From positions 1 through 33,481 of the forward strand of contig JANLXV010000011.1 in NCBI GenBank assembly GCA_031365305.1: a DNA stretch of 33,481 nt. The letters are read 5' to 3'. Below the pieces are notes generated by a model. The model was not told the DNA's origin and searched no databases. It saw nothing but the letters and a program-made list of their open reading frames with translations. This DNA is from Chitinophagaceae bacterium (lineage in GTDB: Bacteria > Bacteroidota > Bacteroidia > Chitinophagales > Chitinophagaceae). Position 1 is the stretch's first letter; each line of letters begins with the position of its first letter. The translations under genes and the position numbers were made by a program. This document shows, piece by piece, positions 28,787 to 33,481 of the stretch.

Positions 28787-29701
28787 ATGAAAAATTTTAC
28801 ACTACTTATTGGGTTCTTACTAATGTCCGTTGCAGGTTTTTCTCAAACCTGCCCGGCAAATGTTGATGTGGTATTTGCTGATATTAATGGTGAGTTCGCT
28901 CCCGGAGGCAGCACACTTTTTATAATTTCAGATAACCAGGTTTTGGAAAATGCTAAATACCAGGTGTTTTGTAATGGCACGCAAATCAGCCAGGGTTGTG
29001 CAGAAATACAGGGCCTGAACGGTCAATCCGGTGTTTCTAGTGTAAGTGTTGCTGACTGTAGTGGCGCCTACACGGTATACCTTGTTTATTCTGAAGGAGC
29101 TTGTGGAAGTATGAACGCTGAATGCGATACCATTAAATTAGATGCCGAGGGAGGGCCTTTGCCGGTAATTCTTGGAAGGTTTGGCATTCAAAGAAGGACT
29201 GCTGGTGTTGAACTTCATTGGGAAACTGAACAGGAAATCAACTCCAGTAAGTTCGAAGTGTTAAGATACATAGGTAATAAGGGTTTTGAAAAAATTGCTA
29301 CACTTGATGCAAAAGGAAACAGCAACTCTTTAAGTAATTACTCATTTGTAGATAGAAACAATCGCTATACCGGCGTTAGTATTTATATGATTAAAATGAT
29401 TGATATAGATGGAACTTATGAATACTCAAAACCCAAGACAGTAAGAGGATCTACTTCTGCGCCTGAATTTAAAGTATTTCCTAATCCTACAACTGCAACT
29501 GCAACCATTCAAATTACTGACCTGTATGAGCCGGTAACATTAACTGTTATGGACCACAGCGGCCGTTTAGTAAAATCAATGTCTTTAACCAACAGTAACG
29601 AAGTTAAATTGAACAACCTGCAAAAAGGTAACTACATCATTCGCTTGGTTGGTAAAGAAACAGGTGGAACAACAGTTAGACAACTAAGTGTTTTAAAATA
29701 A
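28787..29701 (+). CDS. T9SS type-A sorting domain protein with Cys-rich N-terminal domain
   Basis: Signal peptide; PLPVILGRF linker; Ig-like domain (WETEQEIN...YMIKMIDIDG); CTD VFPNP...G.LVK...LQKGNYII. Confidence 0.88.
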   Translation: MKNFTLLIGFLLMSVAGFSQTCPANVDVVFADINGEFAPGGSTLFIISDNQVLENAKYQVFCNGTQISQGCAEIQGLNGQSGVSSVSVADCSGAYTVYLVYSEGACGSMNAECDTIKLDAEGGPLPVILGRFGIQRRTAGVELHWETEQEINSSKFEVLRYIGNKGFEKIATLDAKGNSNSLSNYSFVDRNNRYTGVSIYMIKMIDIDGTYEYSKPKTVRGSTSAPEFKVFPNPTTATATIQITDLYEPVTLTVMDHSGRLVKSMSLTNSNEVKLNNLQKGNYIIRLVGKETGGTTVRQLSVLK

Positions 29702-29726
29702 AAGATTTCATCTTTCAATTAATAGC

Positions 29727-29755
29727 AACCGCCTTTTAACAGAGGCGGTTTTTTT
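29727..29755 (+). terminator. Intrinsic terminator
   Basis: AACCGCCTTT-taac-AGAGGCGGTT followed by TTTTT. Confidence 0.85.
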
Positions 29756-30159
29756 ATTGCCTGCAACTTCTTATTCTTAAATAAAAATCAATAAATGCTT
29801 GCATATTCAAATCACGAACTTTATTTTTATGCCACAATCAACTGTTCCACTCTTCCTTTGAATTTCATTTAGCTTACATACTTACATCGTCTCCGGAACC
29901 TGCTCCTGAGCTTTATTGTAGAAACGCTGCTAAAGCATAATCCTGTCTTTATTATTGTTACTCCGGTCTTTCTGTAATAAATTTTATACATACCAATCTT
30001 TTGTAATTCCTTCTTATCTCTATTGATTTTCTTTATTTGAACCTACTATTGGCGGCAGCAAATAAATAGTTATACCACATCCTCGCAAATACCCCGCTCC
30101 TTTCCTGGAAGTACCATTCATTACCTGAAAGGGTTATTACTTACCACAAAAAAACTAAC

Positions 30160-31059
30160 ATGAAAAATTTTTTACTTGTATTTGCATTTGCGATTATTTC
30201 TTCAATTGCTCTTTCGCAGGATTGTGCCAGGGATGTTACAACTGCTTTTGTTACCACCGGCAACAAAACTAAACTTCAAATTACCGGTGATGCTGATGGA
30301 CAAAAAAGAATTTTGTATACCATTTATAATGATGGTAATGTAATTATGGAAGGCTGCCTGAATGTGCATGTTACCAACAATCATTATTTCACTGTATCAA
30401 CACCGGCACTGCCTATTGTAAATGGCGTATATACCTATTCTTTTATTTTCGCTATGGGTACTTGTGGCAGTAATGGCGCCAGGTGCCCGGCGGTATATAC
30501 AAATGTTGAAGCCTCGTCGCTGCCAGTGCAACTGGGATTATTTTCTGCAGAAAGAAAAATAAGCAGCGTAAATCTGAAATGGAATACGGAACAGGAAATT
30601 AACGTAAGTGCTTTTGAAATTGAAAAATCTATAGGCGGCACCTATCAAAAGATTGGGGAAGTTAAAGCTTATGGCAATAGTACCATTCAACGCAATTATG
30701 CATTTTCAGATAACTCAAAGGCTACAAGCGGTGTGAGTTTTTACAGGATAAAAATGATTGACAAAGATGGCACTTATGAATACTCTCCTGTTAAATCAAT
30801 AAAAGGCAACAGTGCAGCACCAGGTTTTATTGTATTTCCAAACCCAAGCACCGGCAATGCTAAAATATCTATAACGGATTTAATAGAACCAAGCCAGGTT
30901 AATATTGTTGATAACGCAGGAAGGACTGTAAAATTTGTCACTCTTAATAATAGTAATTCCGTTGATTTATACAGCCTGCAGAAAGGCGGTTATATAATTA
31001 CTGTAACTGGAAAAGAAAGTGGCACTATAACATCCATAAGATTAACGGTCATGAAATAA
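30160..31059 (+). CDS. T9SS type-A sorting domain protein, paralog of 28787..29701
   Basis: Same architecture: SLPVQLGLF, WNTEQEIN, YRIKMIDKDGTYEYS, VFPNP, LQKGGYII. Confidence 0.88.
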   Translation: MKNFLLVFAFAIISSIALSQDCARDVTTAFVTTGNKTKLQITGDADGQKRILYTIYNDGNVIMEGCLNVHVTNNHYFTVSTPALPIVNGVYTYSFIFAMGTCGSNGARCPAVYTNVEASSLPVQLGLFSAERKISSVNLKWNTEQEINVSAFEIEKSIGGTYQKIGEVKAYGNSTIQRNYAFSDNSKATSGVSFYRIKMIDKDGTYEYSPVKSIKGNSAAPGFIVFPNPSTGNAKISITDLIEPSQVNIVDNAGRTVKFVTLNNSNSVDLYSLQKGGYIITVTGKESGTITSIRLTVMK

Positions 31060-31081
31060 TTTTCTTCCTTACAGTTTGCAT

Positions 31082-31113
31082 AAGACTGGCCTTCCTAAGG
31101 GTCAGTCTTTTTT
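31082..31113 (+). terminator. Intrinsic terminator between convergent genes
   Basis: AAGACTGGCCTT-ccta-AGGGTCAGTCTT stem (with G:U pairs) followed by TTTT. Confidence 0.8.
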
Positions 31114-31119
31114 ATTTGG

Positions 31120-31800
31120 CTAATTCGATGTAGAACCATCCCTAAGCTTTACCTTTTTTTTACCACTGTTCTTTTTTTCATAATCTAACACTTCCTGAGG
31201 TTTAACTTTTTTCTTAGTATCACCAGTAGCAACATCAGCCTTTGGTGGGTCATGTTGTAAATGGTTTCTATCGTAAGTTTCGGTTTTAATTATGCGCCCG
31301 GTAGCGGGGTCATAAAAGGTCCATTCGCCATGCTTTACGCTGTATTGTTCTGCTTTTACAATTTTGTAGCTGATAATCTCATTATTGCCAGTTCCATAAA
31401 CAGGTATGGTATCATAAGGCGCATCGGGATTATAGGCACGCCAGTTTTCTTCTCTCAACAACTCACCAAATTTTGAAAAATATTGCTGCAAACCATCTTT
31501 ACCGCCATAGCTATAATTTTCAATGGCAAGCAGGTCGCTATTCAAACTATATTTTCGCCAGGTTCCTGTTTTTTTATCATTTTTCATTACGCCTTCTTCT
31601 TCGTAACCTTCTTCTCCACGCAACTCAGGGATAGATATTATCCATTTACCCTGTTTAAGATTATTCTTATCTACAGCATTAAGCGTATCACCATTGGCTG
31701 CAAGCTCAAAGCTTTTGTATTGTGAAAAACTTTGAAGAGATATTAAAAAAAAACATGCAAAAAATAGGCGGCTATAGTGCGGCTGTAAATTTTTGAACAT
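31120..31800 (-). CDS. Exported MORN-variant/YwqK-like repeat protein
   Basis: Repeats KQGKW, KTGTWRKY, KDGLQQYF, KHGEWTFY; N-terminal signal peptide. Confidence 0.7.
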   Translation of the reverse strand: MFKNLQPHYSRLFFACFFLISLQSFSQYKSFELAANGDTLNAVDKNNLKQGKWIISIPELRGEEGYEEEGVMKNDKKTGTWRKYSLNSDLLAIENYSYGGKDGLQQYFSKFGELLREENWRAYNPDAPYDTIPVYGTGNNEIISYKIVKAEQYSVKHGEWTFYDPATGRIIKTETYDRNHLQHDPPKADVATGDTKKKVKPQEVLDYEKKNSGKKKVKLRDGSTSN

Positions 31801-31896
31801 AGGAAGCAGGTTATTTAAGTAAAATTATTGTAATACCTGCTTATTTTATACTTCTAAGCCAGTACTAAGAAAACTTTAACCTGAAAGGTTCAGAGA

Positions 31897-32907
31897 CTAA
31901 TAATATATATTTTTTGACAAATAATTTTTCACGTAATCTGTAACGCCTTCTTCTAAGGAAGTGATTGGATGAGTATAGCCAGCCTTTTGAATCTTATGCA
32001 TTTCAGCCTCGGTAAAATATTGGTAGGTATTCCTGATATCTTCCGGCATATCAATATAAACAACTGCTGAAGGCGTTTTAATAGCTCCGAAAGTGGCCTC
32101 TATAAGTGCATTAAACGTTCTTGCTTTGCCGGTGCCTACATTGTAAATACCATTAATGGTTTGGGGATTGTCTGCCGTTATATATGTTTCCATAAACCAA
32201 TAACATATTTTTATGACATCCATTACATAAATAAAGTCTCTTAATTGCTCGCCATCTTTAAAACCGGCTTTATGCGATTTAAAGAGTTTTACATTCCCGT
32301 TCTTTTTGATCTGGTTGAACGAGTGAAATATAACGCTGGCCATTCTTCCTTTGTGGTATTCATTTGGCCCATATACATTAAAGAATTTTAGCCCGGCCCA
32401 AAAAGGGGGCTGGCAATCTTCTTTAACCTGTTGCAAAACCCATTTATCCACCTCGTTTTTTGAAACACCATACGGATTTAGGGGCTTAAGATCTTCGATA
32501 ATGTGATGATCATCTTTATAACCCAGCTCTCCTAAACCATAGGTTGCTGCTGAAGATGCGTAAACTATTGGTACTTTATTCAGTACACAAAACGTCCAAA
32601 GCCGTTGGGTATAATCAACATTTAAATGCTGATGAATATCATAATTAAATTCAGTGGTATCGGTTCTGGCACCCAGATGAAAAATAAACTCAACTCCGGG
32701 ATTTTCATTTTGCAACCAATGAAAAAAACGATCACGTTCAATCTTAGCCAGGAAGTGTTTGCCTTTTAAATTTTTCTCTTTGTCAGTTTTGTCGAAATTA
32801 TCAACAAGCACAAGTTTTTTAAACCCATAGCTGTTTAGTAAACTTACCAGGCAACTCCCGATAAAGCCTGCAGCGCCGGTAACCACTATTACTGAATCCT
32901 TCGTCAT
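31897..32907 (-). CDS. rfaD: ADP-L-glycero-D-manno-heptose 6-epimerase
   Basis: TGAAGFIG, YASSAATYG, PLNPYGVSK, FFNVYGPNEYHKGRMAS, RDFIYV, YQYFTEA. Confidence 0.92.
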   Translation of the reverse strand: MTKDSVIVVTGAAGFIGSCLVSLLNSYGFKKLVLVDNFDKTDKEKNLKGKHFLAKIERDRFFHWLQNENPGVEFIFHLGARTDTTEFNYDIHQHLNVDYTQRLWTFCVLNKVPIVYASSAATYGLGELGYKDDHHIIEDLKPLNPYGVSKNEVDKWVLQQVKEDCQPPFWAGLKFFNVYGPNEYHKGRMASVIFHSFNQIKKNGNVKLFKSHKAGFKDGEQLRDFIYVMDVIKICYWFMETYITADNPQTINGIYNVGTGKARTFNALIEATFGAIKTPSAVVYIDMPEDIRNTYQYFTEAEMHKIQKAGYTHPITSLEEGVTDYVKNYLSKNIYY

Positions 32908-32908
32908 T

Positions 32909-33481
32909 TTATTCTGGTAAATAGTGATTAAAATATTTTTCTATGGATGTATCGTATAAATTTTTCCATTCATTACTATTCCCCCAGTTTTCGTCATCTA
33001 TAATAACGTCACTTTGTGTAACAGAGCCAAGGCAGGTATAATCTTCATTAATTAAACATTGTTCAAATGCTTCTATAGCCAACATGCTAACTGAAACAAC
33101 GATACGGCTTTGACATTCACCAAACCAGTAGGCATCTTTTCTTATAGACAAATCCTGTTGTGACACTTTAAATCCAAGGTTATTAGGAAAAGCTGATTCG
33201 GCTAATGTTGTGAATAAGCCCCCTTCGCTAATATCGTGAGCAGAAAGAATTAATTTTTTACTAATTAAACCGGCAACCAATTGCTGCGTGTGATATTCTT
33301 CCTCCAAATTAAAATAAGGAACAGATGAGAACTCACGTTTACAAATCTTATGTACATATTCTGATGAGCCAATATCGTTTTTGCATTTACCGATAAGATA
33401 AATGACATCTCCTTCATTTTTAAAATTGAGCGTCATCTTATCATCAATAGTATCTAACAACCCTACCATGCCGATCGTGGG
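32909..33481 (-). CDS. purL: Phosphoribosylformylglycinamidine synthase subunit PurL, 3' part only
   Basis: TIGMVGLL, SAHDISEGGL, FGECQSR; the frame is open to the window edge. Confidence 0.9.
   Translation of the reverse strand, partial: PTIGMVGLLDTIDDKMTLNFKNEGDVIYLIGKCKNDIGSSEYVHKICKREFSSVPYFNLEEEYHTQQLVAGLISKKLILSAHDISEGGLFTTLAESAFPNNLGFKVSQQDLSIRKDAYWFGECQSRIVVSVSMLAIEAFEQCLINEDYTCLGSVTQSDVIIDDENWGNSNEWKNLYDTSIEKYFNHYLPE

Noticed and set aside
31120-31800. YwqK-like protein as immunity factor for the convergent T9SS paralogs
   Set aside because: Convergent orientation with a terminator in between. Such repeat proteins are common stand-alone exported proteins in Bacteroidota, and no toxin motif is visible in the passengers.

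Overview
AT-rich bacterial chromosomal window, most likely Bacteroidota (probably Chitinophagaceae). This rests on T9SS C-terminal-domain proteins with the (P/S)LPVxLxxF linker, TAnnTTTG (-7) promoters and the gene content. It is mostly housekeeping: an aromatic amino-acid operon (pheA, aminotransferase, tyrA, DAHP synthase), lipB, rluD, def, ruvX, UbiA-like and TrmH-like genes, mutS, a GH13 amylase, tryptophan 2,3-dioxygenase, cysteine desulfurase, glmM, an M1 peptidase, rfaD and the 3' part of purL. No rRNA, tRNA, CRISPR, IS or prophage was recognised. The main signals are: (1) an unannotated Phe/Tyr-rich leader peptide with protector, antiterminator and terminator helices upstream of pheA, i.e. 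a dual Phe+Tyr attenuator; (2) an ECF sigma factor coupled to a membrane protein joining an anti-sigma-like N-terminus to a trypsin-like protease; (3) mutS interrupted by one in-frame TAG; (4) a PemK/MazF toxin broken by two frameshifts beside an intact antitoxin-like gene; (5) two tandem T9SS cargo paralogs sharing an unrecognised Cys-rich domain (GxCGSxxAxC). Family assignments come from motifs read by eye, not from database searches.
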